The notes under the pieces: model-generated | Database searches by the model: none | The model's input: only the letters and a program-made list of their open reading frames with translations | What the model was told of the DNA's origin: nothing | Made by a program: the position numbers and the translations under genes | In this document: in pieces, positions 28,976 through 40,528 of the stretch | Layout of the letters: the number at the start of each line of letters is the position of its first letter | Position numbering within the stretch: position 1 is the stretch's first letter | NCBI GenBank assembly: GCA_963824565.1 | Contig: CAWGQB010000027.1 | Location: 92,548-156,547, forward strand | Direction: 5' to 3' | Length of the DNA stretch: 64,000 nucleotides | Origin: an uncultured Pseudomonadota bacterium | Lineage (GTDB): Bacteria; Desulfobacterota; Binatia; Binatales; Binataceae

Positions 28976-30813
28976 CTCGTTGCTCGCGAGGATGTTTAAC
29001 CGCCGCGCGAAACCGGCGGCACGGGCCGAGACAGTCCTGCCTCTGACGCACCAACTCGGCACGCTTCGCACAGAAGCCCGTCCCCCGATAGCCCATTCAA
29101 GGGACGCAAAGTAAAGCTGAAGCCGTTCGATCGTGGCTGCGACAGGCGACGATGGCAAAACTCGAATAATCGCCATCATGCCGCCGTCTTCGTGTTCGGC
29201 GATATGGCAATGATAGACAAAGTCACCAATATCAGCCCCTCGAAAGTCTGTGCGAACGGTAACACTGGGGTAAGGGTGGCTTGGGTCTCCGTCCCAAAAG
29301 GGGACCTGAATCGTGTCGATGACCTGTCCCTGGATACTGGGATCGGCTTGGCTGCCATTGATTTCGAAGTTGTTCTGCGAGAGCACCAGAAAGTGGATCT
29401 GATGCAAGTGAAACTCATGATTTTCCAGCGTCCGGTTCTGGATTGTCCAGTCCTCTACCGAACCTTGCGTGGTGGTGATGGCCGGCGGATCATTGGGGTC
29501 GAACAGCGTGGGGGTCGCATCGCCCGCCGTGATAAAGAACTCCGATAGTGGGTTCTTCTCGGAGAAATAGAGTGCACGGACCGCTGTCGGCGTAGCGCTT
29601 GCCAGGTTCGCAAAGCGCTGTTTCCACCTGGAACCAACAGTAGCTGCTACGGCGCTCTCAGCATGGGTTGCGGTCTCGGTAGTGCCCGAAACTGTCTGGA
29701 TCGTAGCCAATGTCCGTTGCGGGTCATTGTCTCCGTCAGGCCCGGTATTGATACCCAACGTCACCAAGCTAGCGCTCTTTACGCTTGACGGTGGCGCGGT
29801 GACGATGAATTCGACGCGGCCGGCGGTGGGAAGCAAAATGTCGCTTGCGTTAACGATTGCCCCTTGTCCGCTGCCGTCCTGAGACCCGGTGGGAACGCCA
29901 TCCAACCCTACTATCTGCAAATTCTGGGGCACGCCATCGAATTGCACCTGAAGATCCAGGATGCTATCGGAACTCGAGTTTGAAACCCTCCACAGCTGAC
30001 TGTCGCCGGGTCCCATCTGTATGATCGCGGGAATCTCTTCCGGATAAGCGATGGGAATGTTATTTACCGTCAGATCCCAGGAAGGAATATTACCGCCGGG
30101 CGTAGGGTTCCCTGCCACGTTCTGGTCGCGAATGATCAGGATCTGCTGGTTAAGACCCGCAACCGCCGGCTGAAGGTTCTGGATTCCTTCCACGACGATT
30201 GCTCCTGATGCACCACCCTGTAAAGCTGCCTCGGTCAGCATGTGAGCGTGCGGATGCCACCAGTACAGACCGGGCGGTTCGTCGGTCGGAAACACTACAT
30301 CGTAGACAAAGGTCTTGCCGGAATTGATCAGCGTATGGACCACCTGATCCTGTTGGCAGGTCGGCGAAGTGTTGGTGCCGTGAAAGTGAATATTGAGCGA
30401 CGACCCAGTCAATTCGGATTGCGCGCAGTTGGGCGGGTTGATTCGCATTACTACGGGCTTGGCCGGCGTGTTGTTCGTCACCTTGATAACCAGATGGTCG
30501 CCCGGATTCACATTCAAAGTTGGGTTCTCAAGCCCGTCGGGGGTCATAAAGCAGAACAAAGTCCTGCCCTCGGCGTCAGTAGTGGTCTGGTACGACAACT
30601 TGACGTTTAGAACTCCACCCTCGCTGAACAGAGCGGGAGGATTGCTCACAATGCTGCCTGCGGCCGGACGAGTACAGGCTTCGCAACGGGTGCAACGGGC
30701 ACCAGTGCAGGGCTTGGGCCGGAGGAGCTGCCACAACCTGCCAACGTCTGAACGCCGACGACAATAAGGACAAACAGAAGCGTGCGACCGCGCGTGGACT
30801 TGTAGGACCTCAT
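28916..30813 (-). pseudogene. multicopper oxidase (three-domain laccase/CueO-like); the lipoprotein signal peptide is in a different frame from the mature enzyme (break near 30655-30670)
   Basis: Copper sites are HFHG, WWHPHAH and HCHIAEHEDGGMM. ATG 30813 (SD AAGGAAGAG) encodes MRSYKSTRGRTLLFVLIVVGVQTLAGCGSSSGPSPALVPVAPVAKPVLVRP.., which must shift frame to reach AAGSIVSNPPALFSEGG... The last ~70 codons before 28916 are of doubtful authenticity. Confidence 0.8.
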
Positions 30814-31112
30814 AACTCTTCCTTTCAGGGTGTTCTTGCAAATAAGGGACTTGTGCGGCGGGTTTGCAGCTTGCGCAGACCCGCGCCCATCGCTCGCAAG
30901 TGCGCTCCAGGCGACAAATCACTGCGAAACGTCAAGCCTCGATCATCGGACAACAATCCACCACGCTTGCGCCGCGATATTGAAGCTCTCGCGTGCGCGA
31001 TCATTCGCCGCTCAGATTTGCCACCCACGACCGCTGACTCGGGGGCAATTGTACTTAATATTTATCTACGAACCTGAGGCGGCGATCCTCCTCGACCTGG
31101 GTACCGCGGCCT

Positions 31113-33594
31113 TTAGTTCAAGGCAGGGAGCGGAATTGTCAAAGTGTCGTAGACGGTAATTCTCGGACCATAAGCGGCTTGAAAGATCCCGATACCCTCG
31201 GCAGGCCTGATCAGGTTGGTTCGATCGAAGATGTTCAGCAGCGTAATCCGGTCTGTCACTTTGCCGATGTGCGGCACATCGAAACTTCTCTGTCCGCTCA
31301 GATCGACCTGGAGCCACGTGCGGTAGCGATTCCACAAATCGGCAAAGCCTCCCCGCAACCCGCTGCTGTAAAGCGCATCGCATGCTGAAAGCGTATGGTT
31401 TCCAGTGTATAGGTAATGCCGCCTGAGGCGCCATAAAGCGGCTGATGATCGAGCACGATATAGTGCCGGTTGATGTAGCCTAGCTCGATCAGGATCGAAG
31501 TTGAACTGCCCGGTCGCCACACCTTTTTGCATGTTCCTGCCGATGGTGGTGCTGGCATGAATCGAGAGATTGTCGGCATTGTAGGTAACCGCGGTTTCCG
31601 TGCCCCAGATGTAACCGTGCTTGTAATTGAAAGGCGCGAAAATCGGCACCACCCCAAACTGTCCGGTATCGAGGTAGTGTTTCGTTGTATTCATAAAAGG
31701 CATCTTCCGAGACGGTGATGCGTTTCATCAGTTGATGAACTACACCGACATCCCACTCGTAGTCGTCTTCGGTTTCAGGCGTGACCGTCCCGGTTCCCGC
31801 CAAGCCGGTGGTGCCGGCAAACGCCGCCGGAGCGCCGGGCGAGATTCCCTGAAAGCTCGGCACCTGCATATAGCGGGCGAACCCGCGCATGGAGGGTAGT
31901 GTCGGGCCGCGGCAGATAGACCAAATTGATCGTCGGATCGATCTGGTTGTTGTAGGTAAAGCCGCTCAAACGATCCCAGCGCACGCCCACATTGACGCGC
32001 AATTTCTCGGTAATTTGCCAGGTGTCATTTAGATAGATCCCGGACAGCAGATTGATCTTGTTGGCATTGTTTATTACGCGGACGGGAAAGAAGGGAGGCT
32101 CCTGATCGCCCATCGAATCCACTTTGAACACCAGCGAGTTATCGTCCGCTTCCACCCCATATTCACCAAGGTAGAAACCCGCAGCTTAGCTGTGGTGGCC
32201 AAGCTGATAGGTCAGGTCGCCTTCCAGGGTATTGTCGAGATCGCTGTGAAACGCGGTGGACGCCACCCCTTGATACAGGAGCTCGCCAACACGGATCGGG
32301 CTCGAAGCTTTGCGAGATGTAGTGGGCCGAATATGCGAGCTGATAAGTGAGTCCGGGCGCAGGCGCTCCATTCAGAGCCAGGATTCCGAGATAGTCCCGA
32401 AAGTTGAGATAGGAATTGATATCGGCCGATGGACGGTACAAAAATCACCGCCGCCCGTAAGTTGGAACTGGGGCGTCAGATCATTCTGGTTGGGCAGTTG
32501 GTTGTCGCTCGCGGCCACCGAGGTGATGAGGCTCAGCCGCGTGGTGGGATTTAAATTGTACGCGAAGAAACCAAATCCCTGACCCTGATTGGTATGATCA
32601 TGGATCGCATCCGGCGCCGGCGTGGCGGAGCTGAACGCGGTGTTGCTTTGGCTGTATAGTGCCGCTGACGTAGTAGCTGAAGTGCCCGTCGCAACCGCCG
32701 TACTGAAAGCTCGGCTGAACCGTATTGCGCTGCCCGCCGTACATGCTGACACTGCCGCCGGGTTGTTCGCATCCGTCTTTGGTCTGGATGTTCAGCACGC
32801 CGCCGGTGGCATAGCTGTAGCGCGACGGCAAAATGCCATCCAGCAGACTCATCTGCTTGATGAACATCGGATTTATCATCGAGATGAAGGGCGGATTGGT
32901 ATTGATGTCGAGCGGCACCATCACCCCGTTGATCTGATACTGAAATTGCGGGCCTTCGGTGTTGCGGATGTGGATCTGCTGATTTTGATCGATCGCGACG
33001 CCCGGCATCTGCGCCAGTACGTCGGTGATAGTGGTGTTTTCGCCGCGCGGCAGGTTGGAAATGTCCTGTGCGGTCATGGTGTATTTGTTCGCGCCGGTAG
33101 TGGAGACGCCATTCTGTGCGCGAATCAGACTGGCCTGAACCGGGAGCGACAGCGCGGTCTTTGCTTCAAGCGTCATCGAGATCGTCTCCCCGGCGCTGCG
33201 CGGAAAGCGGACAATTTTGTTTGCGGGGTTGAATCCGGGCTTCACCGCCACGAGCGAATAAACGCCAGGCTTTGCGGGAGCGATTTTGAACCGTCCGGCG
33301 CGGTCGGTGGTCGCGTGGGCGATCGTCGCGCCATTTCGGTCGCGCAATTCCAGCTTTACCTGGGTCAGCGGCCGGCCGAGTCGCATCGGTGACGGTCCCG
33401 GATATGGGTTGAGCGCCGGCGACACAGGGAGACACCAAGCCAAGGGCGAGTAAGAATGCGATCGCGGCCACGCACCATATCGTCGCGGGGCGGCCCACTC
33501 GTAGAAGCGCCGGGAGGTTATCGCGGCGCGAGCGTGTGGCCGATGCATCGCCGCCGTCAGGGCGCTTATTTGACCAGAAATGTGAAACCTTCAT
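31113..33594 (-). pseudogene. TonB-dependent receptor (CarboxypepD_reg + plug + barrel), at least 5 frame breaks
   Basis: The signal peptide piece ...IWCVAAIAFLLALGLVSPCVAGAQPISGTVTDA is from ORF 33166..33594. The next piece carries GRPLTQVKLELRDRNGATIAHATTDRAGRFKI, then the plug (NTTITDVLAQMPGVAIDQNQQIHIRNTEG...) and YATGGVLNIQTK. Barrel segments are scattered over ORFs ending at 32752, 32441, 32155, 31890 and 31703, in different frames. Confidence 0.85.
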
Positions 33595-33695
33595 CGCGTG
33601 TCTCGAGAATCCTCAACCGGCTTAGTTAGCCCGCCTGGCCGCGATCTGCGCCCTGGTGGACGATTTGCATGATAGTCGCCGCGCAACATGAAAAT

Positions 33696-33714
33696 AAGAA
33701 TGATTCTCAATATC
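33696..33714. promoter_or_regulatory. Fur-box-like sequence upstream of the TonB receptor
   Basis: AAGAATGATTCTCAATATC matches GATAATGATAATCATTATC at 13 of 19 positions (hand alignment). It lies about 100 nt upstream of the receptor ATG (33594). Confidence 0.3.
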
Positions 33715-34009
33715 GCTCAGGACGGAGCTTGTCAACCGGTCGAAGTGTCAAACGCACGGCTGACTTGATGAAGCCATCCAAGATTGAATAACGACGCCAA
33801 CAGAGCCGGCCCCGTTGCCGGCGGCCCGCAACGCGCTCGCCACCCACCCGTGGCTTGAATCCTGGAAGGCGAAGTTCCAGTGAGCCGCCCGATTGGCGCA
33901 AGCTCCCGATGAAGTCGTGATGTGGAAACTGGCGAGGCCGCAACCCTAAACGGGTGCGAAGGTCACCTGCTCTTGACCCTGATTGATTCTGAAACTAAGT
34001 TTCAACACG

Positions 34010-35765
34010 ATGGCGGTGTGGCGATGGCTTGATCGGCGTGAATTTATTCGACAGGCACTTTTGGCGGGCGTGTCAGTACCTTTCGGAATCCGCGAGTACT
34101 GCCGGAGCGGTCAGTTAGTGGAGATAGCGTTCGAGGCCCCGCGAACTCGTCATCTTATACCACACGTCTACAGCCGTCCGGTCCTGGACCCGAATCGGCT
34201 TGCACCATTTGTCGACCCATTGCTAATGATGCCGCGGGCGCGGCCTTCTGGTTCACAGCGCGACCCGGAGGGGTCTATTGCGCAACTTTACCAGATGCGG
34301 ATGAGCGAGTTTTACCATCAGGTGCATCGTGACCTGCCACCGACCCGCGTCTGGGGGTTCAACGGGTCGGTGCCTGGACCCACGTTTGAAGTGCGCAGCG
34401 GCTCGCCGGTGCTGGTGGATTGGATCAACGCGCTACCGGCAAAGCATTTTTTGCCAATCGATCACACTATTCATGGTGCGCGAACGGATACTCCCGAGGT
34501 GCGCACGGTGATCCATCTGCACGGCGCCAAAGCGCCGGCCGAGAGTGACGGCTATCCGGAAGCATGGTACACGCCCGGTAACTCGGCGCTCTATTTTTAT
34601 CCCAACCGGCAACGCGCGGCGATGTTGTGGTATCACGATCACGCTTTGGGAATCGTGCGGCTGAACAATCTCGCGGGATTATCCGGCGTTTATATCATCC
34701 GCGATGCAATCGAGCGGCGGCTCAGACTGCCCCGTGGGAAATACGAAATTCCACTGGTGATTCAAGACCGGACGTTCGATACCGATGGTCAGTTCAATTA
34801 TCCCACTTCAGGCAGACCCAATCGGATCTGGATACCGGATTTCTTTGGCAACACCGTGTTGGTAAACGGTATTGCATATCCGTACCTGACGGTCGAGCCG
34901 CGCAAGTATAGATTTCGGATCCTCAATGCGTCGAACGCGCGCTTTTACGCGCTCACGCTTTCTTCCGGACAGCAATTGTACCAGATTGGTTCGGACCAGG
35001 GCTTGCTGCCGGCTCCGGTGACTATCAGTAAGCTGCTGATCGCGCCGGCCGAACGAGCCGACATCATTGTCGATTTCGCCCCGTACGCCGGCAAGCAAAT
35101 CGTGCTGAACAACGATGCCGCGGCGCCGTATCCGGGCGGCGGGATGGTGGTTCCCTCGCAGTTGATGCAATTTCGCGTCGGCACGCGGGTTACGGATAAA
35201 GATACCAGCATCATTCCCTCGAAGCTGGCGACGGTTGAAAGGATTGATCCTGCTTTAGGCGGTGAAGACTCGGAATCTCAAGCTAGTGGAATTGGCAGAT
35301 TCCTATGGCCGTACGCTCATCAATCTGCTCAATTACTTGCATTGGAGCCAAGGTATTACTGAGAAACCCGTAATCGATACGGTCGAAATCTGGAACCTGA
35401 TTAACAATACCATGGATACACATCCGATCCACATCCATCTGATCTCGTTTCAGATTATTGGACGCCGTCCGTTCGATCCGGTGAAACTCGATCGGGGCCT
35501 GATGGTTTATACGGGACCGCTGGAGCCACCACCGCCCAATGAGGCTGGATGGAAAGACACCGTGCGCGCCGATCCCGGTTACGAAACAAGCATTATCGCG
35601 AGATTCGAGGGCTATACCGGGCGTTACGTGTGGCACTGCCATATTCTAGAGCACGAGGACAACGAAATGATGCGTCCGCTCGAAGTGGTGGCGGCATCGC
35701 CCACAAGCGGCGGTACTACACTTAATCCCGGCGTGAGACCGCGTCCGAAAGCTGTCGGCGGCTAG
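34010..35765 (+). pseudogene. Tat-exported multicopper oxidase (CotA/bilirubin-oxidase-like), frame break near 35258-35261
   Basis: MAVWRWLDRREFIRQALLAG is a twin-arginine signal. Copper motifs are HLHG, WYHDHA, HPIHIHL and HCHILEHEDNEMM. The join is ...ERIDPAL / VKTRNLKLVELADSYG... The gene ends in TAG. Confidence 0.8.
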
Positions 35766-35885
35766 CGGGTAGGTTATCCGCCAAGTTATTCAAGAGTTAT
35801 TCAAGCTCGTTGGACCCGGCCAGTTTCAGATCACCGAGAGCAATGGCGCAGAGAATTTCCCGGAAGTGCGCAATACCAGACTGAC

Positions 35886-37388
35886 ATGAGACCGGCAGTG
35901 ACTGCACCGCGCGATGTGCAACACCTGCAAACGCGGTATTTTGTGGCGCATGGTGCGGGTCGCCGTTACCTTGCGGTTGCCGCAGCCGCACTTGCCGTCG
36001 CGCTGTTAACCGGGTGCAAGAGACCAATCGGAGGCAGTCCAGTTGCGGCGAGGCCGACCGAGACCGCCACTGCGGCGGCCACGCTGCCAGTTGCGATCCG
36101 CACACCAATAAATCCACCGACACTTTTTCCGCAAGCCTGTTCTCCACGAACGCTGATTGGAATCGATCCCTACAATAACGTCGGCTATGTCCCGGTATAT
36201 TCCCTGGACCATCAAGGCAACGCGCAGGTGGCAGTGGTAGACCTGACGGTTGGCGTCCCGAATCCGGTACGTAAGCTTATTTCCCTGACGGGTTCCGTCC
36301 AGCCTATGGCCCTCGCCTACAATCCGTCGAATCGGACGATGCTGGCTGACGCTCGCGCGGCAAATAACCACGTTCTCATCTACGAGATAGATACCGCAAC
36401 GGCATCGGTGGCCAACGTAGTGGAGGCGACGGGCCTGGTGCAAAAAATTGAGGGGCCCGCCAAAAACATTTGGGGCCCGGTTCGCATCCAGCCCACGGCC
36501 GGGGGTATCGTCGAAAACTTGCTGACCAATCAGGCGATTGTTGCCGGTACCACCACCATCGGACTGCTGGATGCGGCCCACAGTCCACCGGTGTGGGATT
36601 CCAAGTCAGTCATAACTTTGGACCTCAATGCGGAGTCGTTTGCGCTTAATTCCAACACCGGGCTGTTGTTCATTTCCAATCTTGGCACCGACGCCCTGAT
36701 TGACACGAACCGCCGACCGCTAAAAGAGATCCCATTCGGGCGCGTACCCGACCAGGGTGTCACCGATGCGGTCGCGTTCGATATTTCCACCAATATCGTT
36801 GTGCATACGGAGTTTGACGGTTCCGACCAGAGCTACGCGCTTAACTTTGCCACCCTGAATCTCGGTCAAAGGCCGGCCACCGCTGACGCGGTCGCGGTGC
36901 CAGGGCTGGGATTCATCCAGACGGTCGGCCCGGTTCCCGGCGGGCAGACCGCGATCAACTGCGCCACTCATCAAGCTGTGGTTGCCGATGGATTCGGACC
37001 CAATTTCCGAATCATCCAGCTACCCACCGAGCCGGTCGCGGGACCGCTTAATAACCGCGGTCAACCCGGATCGGGAACTATGCCCGACGCGGCTTCAGTC
37101 TATACTATCGCGGCGGCAGCGATTCCGCCAGGCAAATTTGGCGCTCCCCATGCGCTATTGGGAATCGTTGGCGATCCGAGTTCGTTGACTGTCGATCCAC
37201 TTCACAATTTAGCCTACATGCTGGCGGATGATGGCATCTTCTATCATCGATGGATTCCGGGGACCACACGGCCCTTGTTACTGGTGCGGATAGACCTCGC
37301 CAAGCCGGTCTTTGGCGCTGGTCCCCTGAGTAGTGCGGACCACAAGACGTTCTGGTATCCGTCCATAGAAACAATTCGGATGCCGTAG
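35886..37388 (+). CDS. lipoprotein, probable beta-propeller (YVTN/LVIVD-like repeats), hypothetical
   Basis: Lipobox AVALLTGC followed by repetitive beta-strand-rich sequence (..VAVVDL.., ..VLIYEID.., ..LLFISNLG..). No confident family call. Confidence 0.5.
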   Translation: MRPAVTAPRDVQHLQTRYFVAHGAGRRYLAVAAAALAVALLTGCKRPIGGSPVAARPTETATAAATLPVAIRTPINPPTLFPQACSPRTLIGIDPYNNVGYVPVYSLDHQGNAQVAVVDLTVGVPNPVRKLISLTGSVQPMALAYNPSNRTMLADARAANNHVLIYEIDTATASVANVVEATGLVQKIEGPAKNIWGPVRIQPTAGGIVENLLTNQAIVAGTTTIGLLDAAHSPPVWDSKSVITLDLNAESFALNSNTGLLFISNLGTDALIDTNRRPLKEIPFGRVPDQGVTDAVAFDISTNIVVHTEFDGSDQSYALNFATLNLGQRPATADAVAVPGLGFIQTVGPVPGGQTAINCATHQAVVADGFGPNFRIIQLPTEPVAGPLNNRGQPGSGTMPDAASVYTIAAAAIPPGKFGAPHALLGIVGDPSSLTVDPLHNLAYMLADDGIFYHRWIPGTTRPLLLVRIDLAKPVFGAGPLSSADHKTFWYPSIETIRMP

Positions 37389-37454
37389 CGCTTGACCCTT
37401 CGCTCACTGCGCCTTGGGGCTGATTTGCGTGCGCGTTGCCGCACCCTTGTGGCA

Positions 37455-38693
37455 CTAGTCAGCCGGGTATGCGGCGATTTCAAACCGTCCTCGACCGGAG
37501 CCTGTCTCAGGAAGGAAATACATCGCGGCGATTGGTAGAAACTCGAAAACGATGAACCCCAGCATCACCGCGCGCAATCCGATTATTGAAGCGAGAACGC
37601 CGCCAACGAATGGCGCCAGAAACGCTGCCGCGTACGCCGAGGACCATACCAGGGCGAAGCAACCGGCGATTTTTGCCGGCGTCATCCAGGGCAGTTCCAT
37701 GAACAGGGTTACGACCGCAGGCAACGGAGCGGCCATACCAATCCCTATGAGCGCCAGCGAAACCCGCAGGACGGTCGGGTCGGTGCTCAGGATCGCGCCG
37801 GCGCATCCGAGGAGCGGACAACATGCCATCGGCCAGGTAAACGGTTTGCGCAACCGCGCTACGGCGGTGCCGATTCCTCCGCCGATGGAAGCGAAGATTC
37901 CGGTGAGCGGCAAGACTGCGGTTAGCGTTGATGCCTCGGTCAGACTCATCCCGCGAACCTGGTGAAAGTATTGCGGCAGGAATGCGGTGTAGAGCTGGAA
38001 AACCCACATCGCGCCGAACACCGTTGCCGCGGTCAGCCGCACCTCACGCCGGCCAATCAGTTCGCTGATCACCGAGCCCGGGCGGAGCGCCCCCGGGAGC
38101 TCGCGAACAGGACGGCGTTCCCGGCCGAAAATCGACATGGCCAGAGCCACACCCCCAGTACCAATTCCGTACCAAAAGAACACCCTCTGCCACGACGCTC
38201 CGAGCGCCAGGAAAATCGGCGCTGTTATCGCGAATGCCACCAAAAAGCCGATATACGAGCACAGCGAGTTGATCATGTTGATGTAGGGCAGCTCGTGCTC
38301 GCCAAACCATTCCATTACCATGCTGGCGGGTGGCGCGATCATCACGCCGGAGCCCACGCCCTCGGCCAGGCGGCAGGCGAGCAGCGCGCCAAAGGTCGTC
38401 GTGTAGCCGCTCAGAATCTGTCCGATTGCCATCAGCCACATTCCGCACAACAGGGCGCGCAGTGAGCCCACGCGCTGGGCGATGACCGCTCCCAGCAGGG
38501 AGAACACGGAGATACACAGCGCGATAATCGATATAATCAGACCGGCTGGACCGAGCCCGATGCCGAGCGATTTGATCATCGGCGCGAGGATCGGCGCTGG
38601 CGCGAGCCAGGTCAGAGCCTGACTGAAAAGCGCCAGGAACAGCAACAGCTCGATCACCCACCGATACGCTGAAAGCTTCGCTACGTTTTCCAT
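37455..38693 (-). CDS. MFS transporter
   Basis: ORF track 37455..38741, trimmed to ATG 38693 (SD AGGAG). About 12 TM segments and a motif-A-like GAVIAQRVGSLRAL sequence. Confidence 0.75.
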   Translation of the reverse strand: MENVAKLSAYRWVIELLLFLALFSQALTWLAPAPILAPMIKSLGIGLGPAGLIISIIALCISVFSLLGAVIAQRVGSLRALLCGMWLMAIGQILSGYTTTFGALLACRLAEGVGSGVMIAPPASMVMEWFGEHELPYINMINSLCSYIGFLVAFAITAPIFLALGASWQRVFFWYGIGTGGVALAMSIFGRERRPVRELPGALRPGSVISELIGRREVRLTAATVFGAMWVFQLYTAFLPQYFHQVRGMSLTEASTLTAVLPLTGIFASIGGGIGTAVARLRKPFTWPMACCPLLGCAGAILSTDPTVLRVSLALIGIGMAAPLPAVVTLFMELPWMTPAKIAGCFALVWSSAYAAAFLAPFVGGVLASIIGLRAVMLGFIVFEFLPIAAMYFLPETGSGRGRFEIAAYPAD

Positions 38694-38870
38694 CGGACCG
38701 ACTCCTGGTATACGGATAGCTCCTTTCTGAAGGCTCCACAAATTCTAAATGCCCGCGGAGCGCGGCCTGATGCGCGGCATGGCCGCGCCGGAACGGCAGC
38801 CCGCTCCAAGCTGTACATACCGGGTTTTTCTCCGCTGTTGGATAACATTACACGAAGAATCGCTGTTTAA

Positions 38871-39040
38871 AAACAAGTTGACATACACTATGCACGGCTG
38901 TAGGGTCTAAGCCACAAAAACGATGTAAGCGTGAGGACTGGATATGGCAGCGTAAAACAATCAGATTCCGATTAGATCGGAATGAGACCCGGCGACTAAG
39001 GGCAATAGAAATGCCGCCGCCCTCCGAAGTGGCGGCATTT
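38871..39040 (+). promoter_or_regulatory. conserved promoter (TTGACA-17-TAGGGT) plus conserved leader ending in a 10-bp hairpin; paralog of 56803..56979
   Basis: AAACAAGTTGACATACACT...GCTGTAGGGT has its -35 at 38878-83 and -10 at 38901-06. Shared blocks with copy B are ATATGGCAGC (38942-51), ATTCCG/CCGATT, and AGAAATGCCGCCGCCCTCCGAAGTGGCGG. The hairpin is AAATGCCGCC (39009-18) paired with GGCGGCATTT (39031-40). Confidence 0.5.
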
Positions 39041-39399
39041 CGCCGCAGGCGTTAGCATGCATTTGCAACCGCGCGGTTGAAGTTTGCGTAGCGAAATGGC
39101 GATGCAGCCAGGATGTGTAATTCTTCTCGGTCTTGTTAATTCTGGCGGACCTCTGCAAGATGTAGGCGATAATGCCGGTCCGAAGCGCAGCCGCCCACGT
39201 CACAGACTGATAGCCGCTGCGCCAGTCATTTACCTCGCGCTCGCGGTACCCTCGAAATCAAAGGCATCGCGGCCACAAAAGCCGCCGGTGCCGGCACGGG
39301 AACTTAGAGCAATCCATGCGGCAAACCGGGCAATCAGCGACTGAAAATAGCCCCTGCGATCGTCCCGGTCGCAGCCTCGTGACCGGGAGGTGTACGCGC

Positions 39400-40527
39400 G
39401 TGCAACTTCGTATCTCATTATTGTTGCTTAGTTTCGGCACGATTATCGGCGCATTGGGATGCGGTCCTGCTCCCGATCCCAGGCCACCTCGTATCGCGGT
39501 GACGGTGCTCACGGTCAGTGAGGCACAGCAATCCCAATCCGGCGCCTACACCGCGAGTTTTCAGCCATATCAGCAGGTTTCAGTCGCTGCCCAGGTTGGC
39601 GGCTATGTCGAATCGATCAAACAGATGCGCGGTGCCGACGGTCACCTGCGCGACATCCAGGGCGGTGACCCGGTCAGGGCGCAGGAACTGCTCGCCACCG
39701 TCAAGTCCGATACCTATCAGGCTCAAGTCAATCAGTTCGAGTCCGCACTCGCCGGAGCGCGAGCCGCTTACACCAAAGCCCAGCGCGACTTCGATCGCGA
39801 CTCGCAACTAGCAAAAGAGCAAGTCATCGCCAAGTCTGAGTACGACCAGACCCGTCAGGAATATGAGTCGGCCCAATCCCAGGTCGAACAAGCCGAAGCA
39901 ACCCTGAATGAGGCGCAAATCAACCTCGGTCATTGTAAGCTCACCTCCCCAATGAACGGCGTGATGCTCGACCGGCGCGCCGAAGTCGGCTCGCTCGTCG
40001 AGCCGGGCACGGTCGCCTTTAAGGTCGCCGATACGAGCGAAATGAAGGCGATCTTCGGCGTCTCGGATATCCAGGTGGAGCAACTCAAGCAGGGCGAGCC
40101 CCAAACCCTTGCGTCCGAAGCCATTCCAGGGGTTCAGCTCACCGGCACAATCACCAAGATCGCACCCAACGCGGACCCGACGACGCGGATTTTTGACGTC
40201 GAAGTCACGGTGCCGAACAAGGACGGCAGGCTGCGCGCAGGCATGATTGCCTCGCTGCAACTGGATCAGGCCGACGCGCCGCGGGTCGCCGAAGCCACGC
40301 TGCCGCTGAACGCAATCGTGCGGCCGCCACATGATCAGAAAGACTTCGCCGTCTATCTGGTCGAAGAACGTGGGGACAGAAGCTTCGCCCGGCTGCACGA
40401 GGTGCGCCTGGGTGGAATCGTGGGCAATGACATCATGGTCTCCTCAGGGGTGAACATCGGCGACCGCGTGATCGTACGCGGGGCGACGATGGTATCCGAA
40501 GGAGCGGAAGTCAGGATCATCCCCTGA
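39400..40527 (+). CDS. RND periplasmic adaptor (MFP) lipoprotein
   Basis: ORF track 39316.., trimmed to GTG 39400 (SD GGGAGG). The lipobox is LLLLSFGTIIGALGC, followed by a typical MFP coiled-coil and barrel-sandwich region. Confidence 0.85.
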   Translation: MQLRISLLLLSFGTIIGALGCGPAPDPRPPRIAVTVLTVSEAQQSQSGAYTASFQPYQQVSVAAQVGGYVESIKQMRGADGHLRDIQGGDPVRAQELLATVKSDTYQAQVNQFESALAGARAAYTKAQRDFDRDSQLAKEQVIAKSEYDQTRQEYESAQSQVEQAEATLNEAQINLGHCKLTSPMNGVMLDRRAEVGSLVEPGTVAFKVADTSEMKAIFGVSDIQVEQLKQGEPQTLASEAIPGVQLTGTITKIAPNADPTTRIFDVEVTVPNKDGRLRAGMIASLQLDQADAPRVAEATLPLNAIVRPPHDQKDFAVYLVEERGDRSFARLHEVRLGGIVGNDIMVSSGVNIGDRVIVRGATMVSEGAEVRIIP

Positions 40528-40528
40528 G

